From assembly GCF_000143415.4 (NCBI RefSeq), contig NW_003314293.1, positions 124,001 through 188,000 of the forward strand: a stretch of 64,000 nt of DNA, in the 5' to 3' direction. This stretch comes from Selaginella moellendorffii (Eukaryota; Plantae; Lycopodiophyta). Below are positions 50,301-62,663 of this stretch, piece after piece (positions within the stretch are counted from its first letter, which is position 1; each line of letters opens with the position of its first letter). The notes under the pieces were generated by a model. The model was not told the origin of the DNA. It saw only the letters and a list, made by a program, of their open reading frames with translations, and ran no database searches. Made by a program: the position numbers and the translations under genes.

Positions 50301-53300
50301 AATAGTGAGTCTAGACAAAAATGGTTTAGTGTTTCACCACTACCCATCCCATAACTCACCACTTGTAAGACCATCACTTCCAACATGCATCAAGGTAGGG
50401 ACTCTTGATTGCATAATGTGAACACAAGCAATGAGTTAACACCTCTTTGCAAATCATCTCTCCAAGAAGAGAAAATGATTTACGTATTTGATCCTTCATC
50501 CCCAATGAGTCTCTTTCCGGTCTCATCTTTGACCAAACCTCAAACTTGCTTTCGCACTGCCTTCAGTTCAATCGAAGAAAAGTTTATAAGAGATCACGGC
50601 AATAATTACATGAACCAATAAACTATTCCCTACAGTCTTGATTGATCCACTTATAATCATGCCTAGGAAGGATCTACTAGTGCCATGCTAAACAGCTACG
50701 GACCAGCCTATTTGCCACTCATAGCAAACCCAGGGAAAATTTACTTTCACCCATGGTACATGGAACAACTCATGGAACCACTGATAGGCTAACATTAATC
50801 CTGCCAACTCTAAGTGTAACCTTGAGTTGCTAATGTGCCTCACTCACGAGCCCAAGCGCAAACTCGTGCTACTGGAACAACTCAAATCCATCTTATGAGC
50901 CCAAGAGCAAGCTCACATAATTACAGTACAAGAAGGTAACCGAATCCATACCCAAGGAACGATTGCGAAGTCTTTGCACCCAAACGTGTACCCACTCGGA
51001 TCATCGTTTTCATCTCTGCGTATGCAACGAGACTAGTTGCCCAATCTCATTGAATAGTACTCGCTGAGACTCATCCTCTGATACCAAATGTAGCGCACGT
51101 GGTTTTGACCCTTTATCCTATGGTGATTTACCATAGGATAACACCACGAAGCGGAACCTAAACCCTCTTTGTGCCACGTGACAGATGCCACGTGTCACAT
51201 GCCACGTGTCCATGCCACGTGTCCATAGGAACCCGAGGTTCAGGGCCTTGGGCCACTGAACGAAGGAACGGTGCCAAACTCCCAAGCGTGGAGCCAAGGA
51301 GTGATGGAACCGGACCACAGAGCAACTCCCGAGCATATAGCCCAAGGAGCGAAGGGACGGGAGCCCGGAGCGACTTGAAACAGTCCTGGAGCGACCAACA
51401 TCCCAATGCCAGGACCAACACGCAAAACGGAGCCAAATAGAGTCTAGCGCTATTTCGGCATACCGGTGGCCTAACGCGAGGATATGGGTACTCCACCAGC
51501 TAGCATGGAATGGAACTTAGGCTTAGACCCAAGCCGGACGCAAAACAAGGACAGGCACGCAAGCGGGAGCTAGACTATGCCTCAGGTTGGTCGGCCATGC
51601 CCGACCTACCCACTATCCCTACTATACATTTGGAACCCCCCATAGCCCCCCCCCCCCCTTGAGGAACACATGCTTTGGGCTTTCACCCCAAGCCTCCCTT
51701 AGTATCAGGAGTTAGTCTCTGGGACAAGCTCAAAACTTACTAAATATGGAATGTCCCTAGATTGCGAATTTGGACATGGGACGAACACCATTATGTTCAG
51801 GACGATCTCTACATTCCGTAGATATGCCAAATGAGCAAATCTGGACACTTTCCATAAATAGCATTGGGACCAAAATGAGACTAACACAAAGGGCATGATA
51901 GCGAGGGTGTTTGGTAGACACGGTAAACTATCATCTAGCGATGTTGAGGGACCAATCTCAATATCGCGGGGGTTCTTGATACTAGCAAGTGCAAGCCAAT
52001 GACTCAAGTTTCTCAAACCAGGCCGAGTATGCTCAGCAAGAAACACATAGGGTTCCTACCTTATGTTTATCCAATCTAAGTGCATGGTCATTGACCAGTT
52101 TCTCAACTAGCTCAAGTGGGAAACTGATAACGGGTCCAGCAATACCGACCTCCTGCCATCGTGGCAGTAAGGTAAGAGTGTCCGTAAGGACTAGCCGACA
52201 AGTAACTTTCGATACCCGAAGTCACATTCGCGACACTAGAGAAAGAATGACTCTCAGTCCAGGATTGCAAACTTTCAAGACTCAACCAACTTCCTCCTAC
52301 CAACAGCTTCACATAGGCTCACCTCAACACAAATTCTCATGATCGAACAACATGCTTAAGCATTGAACATCTTTGCCCATATAACCGACATCCAACACCG
52401 ACATCCGAAAGTGCAAAATGAGCATCCAAGGCTTGATCACAAAGACCACATCATCGGATATCCACATTGCACTAACACTCTTCTTCAACCACCTTCAAGA
52501 TCCAATGTGAAGCCAAAACACTAACAAGAAAAATGACATGGAAAATCAAGCTCTAAGGAAAATTCCTCATCACTTGAAATAACAATGCCACCTCCACTAA
52601 CACAAGTGCTAGTGATGTCAATGCCCCAACTACACATCTTCTCCATCCAACAATTTACTCCAAGTGCTAACGGATCAACCGACAAGCTATAGCAAATGAA
52701 TGCTACAACCCTTTTCCAACACCTTAGTGGGCAAACTTAAGGAAACAAGGTACCAACTTAAGCTGAGCATAATGGACCACCATTGAGAATCCAGTCAAAG
52801 CTACTACAATGCTACTTCGTGCAAGTAGACTAGCTTCTCCATCAACCACTTTGGGGTTGATCATCATTTACTCAAGCAACTTCGTAAACGCATTACTCTT
52901 TATCACATGGATATGATATAAGCATCACAATGACTTGATCATCAATTGAGTAACGCAATGAGCAATGCCTATGTCATTACTTCAAATGTTTATGTGAGTA
53001 TCAAATACCAACTCGATTCGACAAAATGCAACATAAATGCCACACTCCACCAATAAAGGTTTACGACACCCAACACCACTAATTTTTGTTCACAACACAG
53101 ACAAGCTTATGCCACTCTCTTTCCGACCAATCTCAAAACTATTCCAACACCAAGCTACTCAAGAAGCAATAGCAAGGTTCCCCGGAAAAGAATTGAGCAT
53201 TGCAACCCAAGTCTTCCAATAGCGAGCCTAGACAAAATGGTTTAGTGTTTCACCACTATCCATCCCATAACTCACTATTGTAAAACCACCATCTCCAACA

Positions 53301-55135
53301 TGCATCAAGATAGGGACTCTTGATTGCATGATGTGAACACAAGCAATGAGTTAACACCTCTTTGCAAATCATCTCTCCAAGAAGAGAAAATGATTTACGT
53401 ATTTGATCCTCCGTCCCCGATGACTCTCTTTTCGGTCTCATCTTTGACTAAACCTCAAACTTGCTTTCGCACTGCCTTCAGTTCAATCCAAGAAAAGTTT
53501 ATGAGAGAGCACGGCCATGACTACTTGAACCAATAGACTAATCCCTATAGTCTTGATTGATCCACTTATAATCATGCCTAGGAAGGATCCACTAGTGCCG
53601 TGCTAAACAGCTACGGACCAGCCTATTTGCCACTCTTAGCAAACCCAGGGAGGTTTGCGTTCACCCATGGTACATGGAACAACTCATGGATCCACCGATA
53701 GGCTAACATTAATCCTGCCAACTCAAAGTGTAACCTCGAGTTGCTAATGCGCCTCACTCACAAGCCCAAGCGCAAACTCGTGTAATGAAACAACTCAGTC
53801 CACCCTATGAGCCCAAGAGCAAGCTCATATAATATGGAACAAAAAGGTAACCAAAACCTATCCCAAGGAACCAATGTGAAGTCTTTGCACCAAAACGTGT
53901 ACCCACTCGGATCATCGTTTTCATCTCTGCGTATGCAACGAGACTAGTTGCCCAATCTCATTGGATAGTTCTCGCCGAGACTCATCCTCTGATACCAAAT
54001 GTAGCGCACATGGTTTTGACCCTTTATCCTATGGTGATTTACCATAGGATAACACCACGAAGCGGAACCTAAACCCTCTTTGTGCCACGTGACAGATGCC
54101 ACGTGTCCATGCCACGTGTCCATAGGAACCCGAGGTTCAGGGCCTTGGGCCACTGAACGAAGGAACGGTGCCAAACTCCCAAGCGTGACGCCAAGGAGTG
54201 GTGGAACCGGACCACGGAGCAACTCCCGAGCATATAGCCCAAGGAGCGAAGGGACAGAGGCTCGGAGCGACTTGGAACAGTCCTAGAGCAACCAGCATCC
54301 CAATGCCAGGACCAGCACGCAAAACGGAGCCAAACGGAGTTTGGCGCTATTTCAGCATACCGGTGGCCTAACGTGAGGATATGGGTACTCCACCAGCTAG
54401 CATGGAATGGAACTTGGGCTTAGACCCAAGCCGGACGCAGAACAAGGACAGGCACGCAAGCGGGAGCTAGACTATGCCTCAGGTTGGTCGGCCATGCCCG
54501 ACCTACCCACTATCCCTACTATACATTTGGAACCCCCCACAACCCCCCCCCCCCTTGAGGAACACACGCTTTGGGCTTTCACCCCAAGCCTCCCTTAGTA
54601 TTAGGAGTTAGTCTCTGGGACAAGCTTGAAACTTACTAAATATGGAATGTCCTTAGAATGCGAATTTGGACACGGGACGAACACCATTGTGTTCAGGCCG
54701 ATCTCTACATTCCGTAGATATGCCAAATGAGCAAATCTAAACACTTTCCATAAATAGCATTTGGGACCGAAATGAGACTAACACAAAGGGCATGATAGCG
54801 AGGGTGTTTGGCAGACACGGTAAGCTATCATCTAGCGATGTTGAGGGACCAATCTCAATATCGCTGGGGTTCCCAACACTAGCAAGTGCAAGCCAACATC
54901 ATGAGTTTCTCATCACCGTGTCAAGTCTGCTTGACTTAATGACAACTTAGGATTTCCTTCCTTAGTGCCCTTCCGGTCTAAGTGCACATGTGTTGACCAG
55001 TTTCTCAACTAGCTTAGGCGGAGACTAATAACGGGTCCAGCAATATCGACCTCCTGCCATCGTGGCAGTAAGAAAGAATATCCGAAAGGACTAGCCGACA
55101 GGTAACTTTCAATACCTGAAGTCACATTCGCGACA
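41328..55135 (-). mobile_element. Family-B non-coding LTR element (LARD-like), outer copy; LTRs 41328-42452 and 54000-55135
   Basis: TG...CA LTRs, ATATC TSD on both sides, PBS CTCTGATACCA at 53987 and PPT CTCTCCCCCCC at 42453. No long internal ORF. Confidence 0.93.
44972..52235 (-). mobile_element. Family-B element, inner copy; LTRs 44972-46102 and 51089-52235
   Basis: TSD CTACA/CTAGA, with the empty site CCATCCTAGAGAAAG visible at ~49314. PBS and PPT present. The LTR pair shares variants absent from the outer pair. Assembly gap at 48219-48354. Confidence 0.93.
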
Positions 55136-57432
55136 ATATCCCAAGACCCTTAACCAATTAGGAAAGAAGGTGCACTCTTGTTCATGGGCCTTTTCCCTTT
55201 ATATTTGAATCCCATAGATCGTCTTTTAAGTTATTCTCTTTGGTTGCTTACACAAACTTAATATCACAAAGGTTCCCAACACTAGTAAGTGCAGCTAATA
55301 TATGAATTTCTAATATTAAGCTGAGTATGTTCAATAAGAAACACATAGGAGTTCTTACCTTATATTTATTCAGCATAAGTACATACATGATAATCAATTT
55401 CTCAACTAGTTTGGATGGAGATTGATATCCAAAAGTACTTATTAACATATAATTTTTAATACCCACAATCACATTAACAAACTCTCCAACCGCCCTCGCC
55501 CCCCCCCCCCCCCCAGGGAAAATCGACGTCCATGTCAATGCATACTTTAGTCTAGACTATTGCCAAGGAAATAACTCTAGAAAAAGTTCACAATGTCTGT
55601 ACTTTGTGAAAACTGCACCGACTTAAATGAGTTAGGAGGAAACCTCTCTATTTAATGTAAATGTGCTACAATTCATACATCTTTTGGCCGTCACTGACAA
55701 GGAAATGACTAATGGAGTCAATCACCCTTGCTACTCTAGGTATCACCTAGCCTGCAAAAGATGATATACCCTTGTTTACAAGTGATATAGAGAGAGAAAT
55801 TAAAGGTCCTAACCCTCTTGAGTAAACAAACTAAATTCATCAGTAAGGTTTAGATAGATTATTATAAACAAATAGTGAGAGTTGTTTACATGATCACACC
55901 CTTTTGACGGAATAAGGAACATCAAAAAAAGGGTGGGTGATATGACTAATTGACAATAGTTATCCATAACTAAATATTTCATTATGCATACGAAATGCCA
56001 AAGTCAGTTAGTTTATAATGGCCTAAACCCAAAGATAAAATATTGGAGAATATTAAAGTAAAAAAAATGATATCTTAGAGATTAAATTATCAATGAATAA
56101 ATCATATATTAGAATATTAAGATATTCTAATGCAGTTATCATCCAATAAACTAGTATTATAGGAACCATCAATATCATTAAATGGTGACCAACAAAAAAA
56201 CTTTTTTTAGCAAGTAAATCATTAAGAAAACTCAATAATAAAACTTAATTATCAAAGATTGTAAATAGTATGCTAAACAATTTATAAAAGACAACTCAAA
56301 AACACAAAGTACTATCGACTAGCAAGCAAAATGCTTACATATATATCACTTAAAGGAAATAACATCCAATCTATCAAAATCAACTGTAACAACAATTAAC
56401 ATAATAGAATGAATGCTGCAAGAGCTAACAAACACTAGTTCACTTTAATTATCACATTAATGAATGTGAATAGATTCCAGTTAATAAGTTGTTCAAACAA
56501 GGGTAAGCAACATCTCAAACCCAAGAAATCAATCCAAAGCAAACTATAAAAAATATGTGGTAATACAGAAAGATAAAATTCATCAAAATAATAACTAACC
56601 ATCATGAAAATTCATCAATCATCCCATCAATAGAGAAATGCATAATCATTATCGAAGAAATAATTTACTATTCTGAAGAATAGTAAATCATTTAACACCA
56701 ACAATAATTTAGTAAAACCTTTAACAAAGATAATCAATTATTCTAAAGAATAGTTAATCACCACCAATTATTGCTAGATGCAAATACTAATTTCAACATC
56801 AAAGTTAATAAGTAACTCCTAACAAATGGAACAATAAGCATAAAACTTAAAGAACTAAAAGCTTGAAGAGATATATAGCCAAGTCTTGCCTAATAATGAT
56901 CATGAGTTTCATATGAACTAATTCAAGGTATAACCCACAATATCCTTTTAAACATATTTAAAAGCCAAACTTCATAATGCTAAAGTTAATGAAAAACATG
57001 TTTGTATCAATTCAAAAGCTAAACATAACATAACTATACTCAACAAATGATCACCAAATGATCTTTTAAGAATTCATCTTTTATAGCAAAATATAACTAA
57101 CTTCATAACAAGCACAAGAAGAATCATTAATTATCAATATATCCTCAACTCAATCAAACAAAAATTTAATAGTTTCAATATCAATCACTAACTCTTCTTT
57201 TAAAACTAGCATAGTCCATAATTATATTATGTTTTAAGGAAAAGCCAAAACTCAACCCTACAAAACAATTTCGTCTAAAACATAACTAATTTAAGTTGCC
57301 ACTCAACTCATTTGAATGTTAATATAGTTGCTAATTAACAAATGCACAAATGCCAATGGCATAAACCTAGAACTAAAATCATCAACACTAATGCCAATGA
57401 TACAAATCTAGAGCCAAAATCATCAACACTAT

Positions 57433-57572
57433 TGTAAGCTTTTGAATTTAGACTTTCCAAAAGGTCACCTAACCTAGTATTATTCAAACCTAGGGACACT
57501 TAACCCCAACTATCTCAAGACCCTTAATCAATTATGGATTGTCTTTCATGTCATTCTCTTTGGTTACTTACA
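57433..57572 (-). mobile_element. Cassandra-type solo LTR (140 bp)
   Basis: TGTAAGC...CTTACA with ACTAT TSD on both sides. Homologous to 41246-41327 plus 55141-55252. Confidence 0.85.
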
Positions 57573-59058
57573 ACTATTTATATCATGACTAATGAAATTG
57601 AATATTAAACTTATGAAAAAACATCTCATCTCACTCCAATCTCAACTTTAATAATGTTAATAGCAGTGCATTACTTCAATGTCATCAACACTAGAATAAA
57701 ACTAAAAGAAAATAAAAGTCAATCACCACTTAAAACTTTTTAGCAACCAAACTAGCCAAGGCCAAACATACTTTATTCAATATCCAAGACCAAACCTTCA
57801 ATAATACTCAACTATAAATAACACTTTATCAAGGAGTGAATTACTACATCTAAGACTCAATGAAATCCAATACTACGAATTAAATATAATAAAAAAATAT
57901 CAATGAAGATAAAATCAAAATGCTAACATGGAAAAACCATGTAAAGCTAATGATACAATCCTCTATAATACCATCCGGTAATCAAACCCATCACTGCTAA
58001 ATCATTATCAAGTTAAACAAATGTTAGTAGTCCTCAACAAAGTATATAAGTAATCATTAATTGCAAAGCAACTAACAATCACTATTTAACTCACCTTTAT
58101 AAGACCCATATACAAAACTCATATCATTGAGTTATATATTAGTCCAACAAGAAAGTAACACACCATGTATAACATATAAAAACTTGGACAAGTATAAATA
58201 AAATGATTGCTTGAATCCAATTTAATTGTGATAAGTTCACTAATATATCTAACCAACAACTTTGAGCCTGCAGGCACCAGAAACACCATGGTGGAAGTTA
58301 TCTTCTATACAATACTGGAATCTTTCTAAATGACACTTTTGAGGTCTTGGCAATCACCATCATGTTGTGGATCCTTAGGACCTTCTTCAGGATATAGAGC
58401 TGGCACAGGAAGGATGATTGTTAAGCACTTGATCGTGCACTGTTGGGCTTAACTTGTCACAATCCACACTTATTGCATGGTTCTTAGACTCTCCTCCCAG
58501 CCTTAGGCTGCTCTGATCACTAGTGTATAATGCTCTGAGCTTGCCCACAGCGAGCACACCAATTCCAAGTTGTGTCATGGATTAGTCATTGATAGGCATC
58601 AGAAATTTATCCAATAAACTTTTGCCACGTGGACCTGAAAATTTATGCATGCAAAGTTATGTTTTTACAAATTGCACAGCATCATTTGCAAAAAAGAGAT
58701 TAAGGAAGGGCAATATATATATGTGTGCAAGAATGGATGTTTAGTGGCTTTGCTAAACTCATGAAATTTATTGTTTGAAAGGTATCTGAAAAGATTCCCG
58801 CGAAACAGAATGCATGAATATTAGGAATATATTAGGTATGTCCAGGCTGTCAAAACGCGGCTAGATCGCGGCTGTAGCAAGCACATGCAAACATTTCATA
58901 TTTTTCTTGTTACTATAAAAAGTTGATGTAGCAAACCAAAAGAGAAATCAAAAGTCTGTTTCAACAAAAATAAAAGAGAAATCAATACCAAATGTGTGTG
59001 TATATATATATAAAATACTATTGATAAATTCTATGGTTTCAATTTTCTTGGATTGTCA

Positions 59059-59586
59059 ATGACAAAGCTCTTTAGTTTCGCGATCTTTCTCTTGGCAATG
59101 GCTCTCACTTGTAGTGCACCTCCACCAGCTCAGCGGGGTTTGTTTAGGTTTTTGCTCGACTACAACTTGCTCAGTGTAGCGCAGGTGAGAGAACTCATGG
59201 TCGAAGTGCTCAATCGTGTCCGGAACCACCGCAACAACCTGGCGATAGTGGGCGAGCCAATCACGTGGGTTGCTACGCTTGCGGAAGACGTGCGGGTGTG
59301 GGTGCAAGTCCGAGTGATGGACGAATTTTGGCATGAAGATCGGGATGGAATATGCTCCACCCCATCAAACCGGCTCGCGTACCCGTTTAGAGACTTACTG
59401 AACAGTGTTTTAGAAATGACTGAGTCAGTCAGGGAGCAGCTCATTGATCGGGAGTTCTGGTACGGCTATGTGGAAGTTGTGTTCCAGGCGTTCGGGATAG
59501 TATATCGCATCGAAAGGGACAGGAGCAGGGACAGGGATCCTAGAACTTCAAATACTGAGCTGTTTAGGCAATGCCCTATACATTGA
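59059..59586 (+). CDS. Orphan secreted protein (~175 aa), intronless
   Basis: ATG at 59059, a clear signal peptide, an upstream TATA-rich tract at ~59000 and coding-like composition. A related remnant lies at 34.1-34.2 kb. Confidence 0.7.
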   Translation: MTKLFSFAIFLLAMALTCSAPPPAQRGLFRFLLDYNLLSVAQVRELMVEVLNRVRNHRNNLAIVGEPITWVATLAEDVRVWVQVRVMDEFWHEDRDGICSTPSNRLAYPFRDLLNSVLEMTESVREQLIDREFWYGYVEVVFQAFGIVYRIERDRSRDRDPRTSNTELFRQCPIH

Positions 59587-60069
59587 CTTTGTACTGTTAA
59601 ATAGAATAGGTTATAAGTGTCCTATAATGTCTATTATCCAGCTATGAAAAATGCTTTATAACATCCAAAACATTCCCCCGAGACAAAATATCTAGTGGGA
59701 TTCGAACCCATGCCCTTGTGGACCCTTGACTCCATTGACCCTGTTGAAGCTAGGCCCATGATTGAAGATGTGATCCCCTCCCCTTTCACTGCCAAGCAAT
59801 TGTCGCAGATCCACCAGATGGAACTTGTGGCTAGAGCGTCAGGTGTTAGCCAAGCTCCATCCATTGCTTTTCTTTCCTCTGTCAAGGCAAGGTCCTGTGT
59901 CTTTTTCACCATTACAAAACCTTTTTTTTCCTTCTTTTTCTCTGTTCTTCTTTTTTCCAAACATTCTTGTTAGCTTATAGATTTTTCTACAAGTCAAGTA
60001 GAAACGATGCATGGTTATGTAGAAGAAAACCTTCTTTTCTTTGGAAGTTCTAAAACTCTGGTTTTGCAG

Positions 60070-60540
60070 CCCCAAGATGCCTATGGGTGAGCTAAACCAA
60101 GGGAATCCAGTGCTGCACTAGACGTTTCCACAACATCTATCGAGCTTTGTTCTTAGATCCCTTTTTCTTTGGGTGTTCACAAGCCATTGACGCTTAAAAC
60201 AAGTGGATGGGAGAAGGCTCACATTTTGCAGTAACATCTAGTGACAACTTTGAGATGTGGGGTGCAAATGCTTGACGAGTGCATGGAAGGCGTGTTGCGA
60301 CTCACGAAATCTAACTTCCGGAAGCCGCTCAACATGAGATGGTGAGAGATGGCGGAGAAGATCCTGGGCTTTGAGACGAAGAAACTTCCAATCCACTACA
60401 TCCCCGGGGCCGGAGGGGTTCACGGAAGAAACACAGACAACGCTTTGATCATGGAGAAGCTCGGCTGGGCTCCGTCGCGATTAAGAGATGGGCTGCACAT
60501 GTGGATCAAGGAGCAGCTCGAGGAGATTACGGAGGGATAA
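60070..60540 (+). pseudogene. GME: GDP-mannose 3,5-epimerase remnant
   Basis: DAYG, RFHNIY, DNFEMWG, DECMEGVLRLTKSNFRKPLN and KKLPIHYIPGAGGVHGRNTDNALIMEKLGWAP...WIKEQ, with deletions and frameshifts. Confidence 0.85.
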
Positions 60541-60663
60541 CATGACTCGGCAGCCATTCTTACTGAATTAGCGTTCCAAAAGTTGACTAACATTTGACCG
60601 CTGACTAAAAGTTTAGTCCATGGCTGTGTATATTAAAACTCCGTAAGAGCCACACAGTGCTCG

Positions 60664-62663
60664 CTAGGGCGGGACGTGCTCTGCGTGGATAATCGAGCAT
60701 GCCGCATCTTGGGGTGCTATCGTGCGACCGTTTACGCGCAGCTGCTGAGAGTGATCGATCCTCACGGTTTTAAACGAGTAAACCTTTGCAGGAACAAGAG
60801 TTATAATCTTGAAAAGAAGAAAGGAAAAAGTATCACCTTGTTCCCCCGTTGAGCACGTACGCTGTGAAGCAATGGTTCCAGCAAACTCAAAGAGTTGCCC
60901 TCTTTCATCTGTGCACCTGAGCATGAGTGTAACTGAGGATTGAATAGCTTTGCGTACCATGCCCTCCCGAATCGCGTACACCGAAACCACGAAACACGTT
61001 CCCTCTGAATCGGCAGCCAGGTAAAAGCTGCAGCAGAGAAAGAGAGATCAGCAGCGCTGAAACTACGACGCCGGTAACTTACAGAGGCACAGACTTATCG
61101 TGCGAGATGACTGACAAAACTTTGCAGTAGACGACGCTCCCTTTGTTAAATCCTTCTTGCAGTAACGTTATAGGCACTCGTTTGAACGAGAACTGCCCTG
61201 TGTAAAAACAGAGTCCACATCAGTAAAACAAATTGTTTCTTGCATACGAACCACTTTCAGTGGCCAAGGAAGAAATCAGTGATGAAAGCTTCTTCGGTTT
61301 GATCCAACCCTGAAAAACATCTCCACAACTTCAGGAAACCACAGCTGATAACTCAGCAAGGGAATACCTTATTTGCAACAGCATCTTCCAGCTTAGACAA
61401 AAGCTTGACAATTTTATCAATTTCGTCCTTCGCAGGGAGCCCAGGGTCCCGAGTACTAGCTGCGTCGTATGCTCTCAGCGCTCTCTCATAATCTTCTAGG
61501 TACTGATGCACCTGTAAACCAAAACGAACAAAATAAGACTTTGCAAAAAATCATTGCAACTTACTATTGCGCTGTTGAAATACAGATCAGGATTACCATT
61601 AGCCAGCACGTCTTTCTCCTGTAGATAATGGAAACCATCAGAAGAAAACTGGCACCACACAAAAGCGAGTAAACGCAACCGCATTTTGATAGGCCTTGAG
61701 AGATTGGTGGAGCTTTTGTCGGTCCCATGCTCCGGTCACAAAAAAGCTCGTCAAAAAGGCGTTCCCTAGCGTGTCTGTCGCAAACATGCTTCAAAACACT
61801 TCCACATAAAAAGAACGATAAAGAAACCTTCTTACACCAGGAGTGTCCATCTTTGACATCCAAACACACTGCTTCCTTGGCGTGCTTGATGCTTTCTTCA
61901 ACCATCTCGGATTCGTTTGCGGTTCCTATTAAGCAAGAAAGTCACAAGCCGGTAAGCAAAACAAAACGGGCTTAACCTTTTCCAAGTCGCCGCTCCAGCA
62001 TAGACAGTTGCTGTAAGATCTTCTTATTTGGTCCCTGCAAACTTATGTCAGAGAAAACGAAGACAAAAAACCAAAGAAGAAGAAAAAGAAGAAACCTTTT
62101 GAAGTCCCAGGCTGAAACAGTTTTTTGCTGAAGAAAAGTCTCCCTTCTTCCAGAAGCAATTCCCCAGGCAGGACCAAGCATCCACAATAGAAGGATCCAG
62201 CTTCACCTGCCTCAGGTTCAACAAGAGTGGTACTTAAGAACATCCTTTGCTGCAAAGGAATAAGGTAAGATCAGGGAATGCAGCATTATATCGCGGTCTT
62301 TTACGTGCTCTCTCGTCAATCCAGCCATGAAAAATGCGAGGGTCTAGGCGAGCATACCGCTTTGGAGAGGTGATCTTCGGCCTCTTTGCAATACTCCGGC
62401 ATAACATCCAAAACTTTCCCCTTGAAATACTCCCAGAGCGCGCGGCGAGGGGGCAGCTTCTTGCATTCTAAGCGAAAAACGTGAGAGAAAGCCACATTTT
62501 CGAGATTCTCACCTAGAGAGATGTCATCGAGGGCCGCGATCAGCTCCTTTGCGGATCGCTCCAGGCGATCCCTCTTCTCGGCGGCGTCGAGAGGAAAGAA
62601 TGTGTCCCGCACTTTGTAGAGGCTCTCGATCGCCGGCTGCAGCGCCTCGAGTGACGACGCCAT
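60664..62663 (-). CDS. TTC5: Tetratricopeptide repeat protein 5 homologue (TPR plus C-terminal OB fold), multi-exon
   Basis: LYKVRDTFFP, GKVLDVMPEYCKEAEDHLSKAV, LQQLSMLERR, ESIKHAKEAVCLDVKDGHSW, NPDLYFN and C-terminal VSVYAI...YSFKTVRID...VNGR. Confidence 0.9.

Larger units (their letters stand above)
41246..55252 (-). mobile_element. Cassandra-type short LTR (~195 bp: 41246-41327 plus 55141-55252) with 5S-rRNA-derived segment, split by the family-B insertion
   Basis: TGTAAGC...GCTTACA termini and a PBS-like TTTGATACCA immediately left. The minus strand reads GTTAAGTGTCCTTGGGTTTGAATAGTACTGGGCTAAATGACCTCCCAGGAAGTC, which aligns to the 5S internal control region. Confidence 0.8.
40881..58260 (-). 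mobile_element. Outermost, heavily decayed family-B element hosting the nested cluster
   Basis: Decayed LTR start TGTAATGCATGTG at 40881. The LTR resumes at 55253, followed by a PPT-like C-run at ~55500 and an AT-shifted internal region homologous to 46103-48780. Confidence 0.65.

Noticed and set aside
59694-59720. tRNA-like T-arm (minus strand GGGCATGGGTTCGAATCCCACT)
   Set aside because: No D-arm, anticodon arm or acceptor stem visible; at most a SINE or tRNA fragment.
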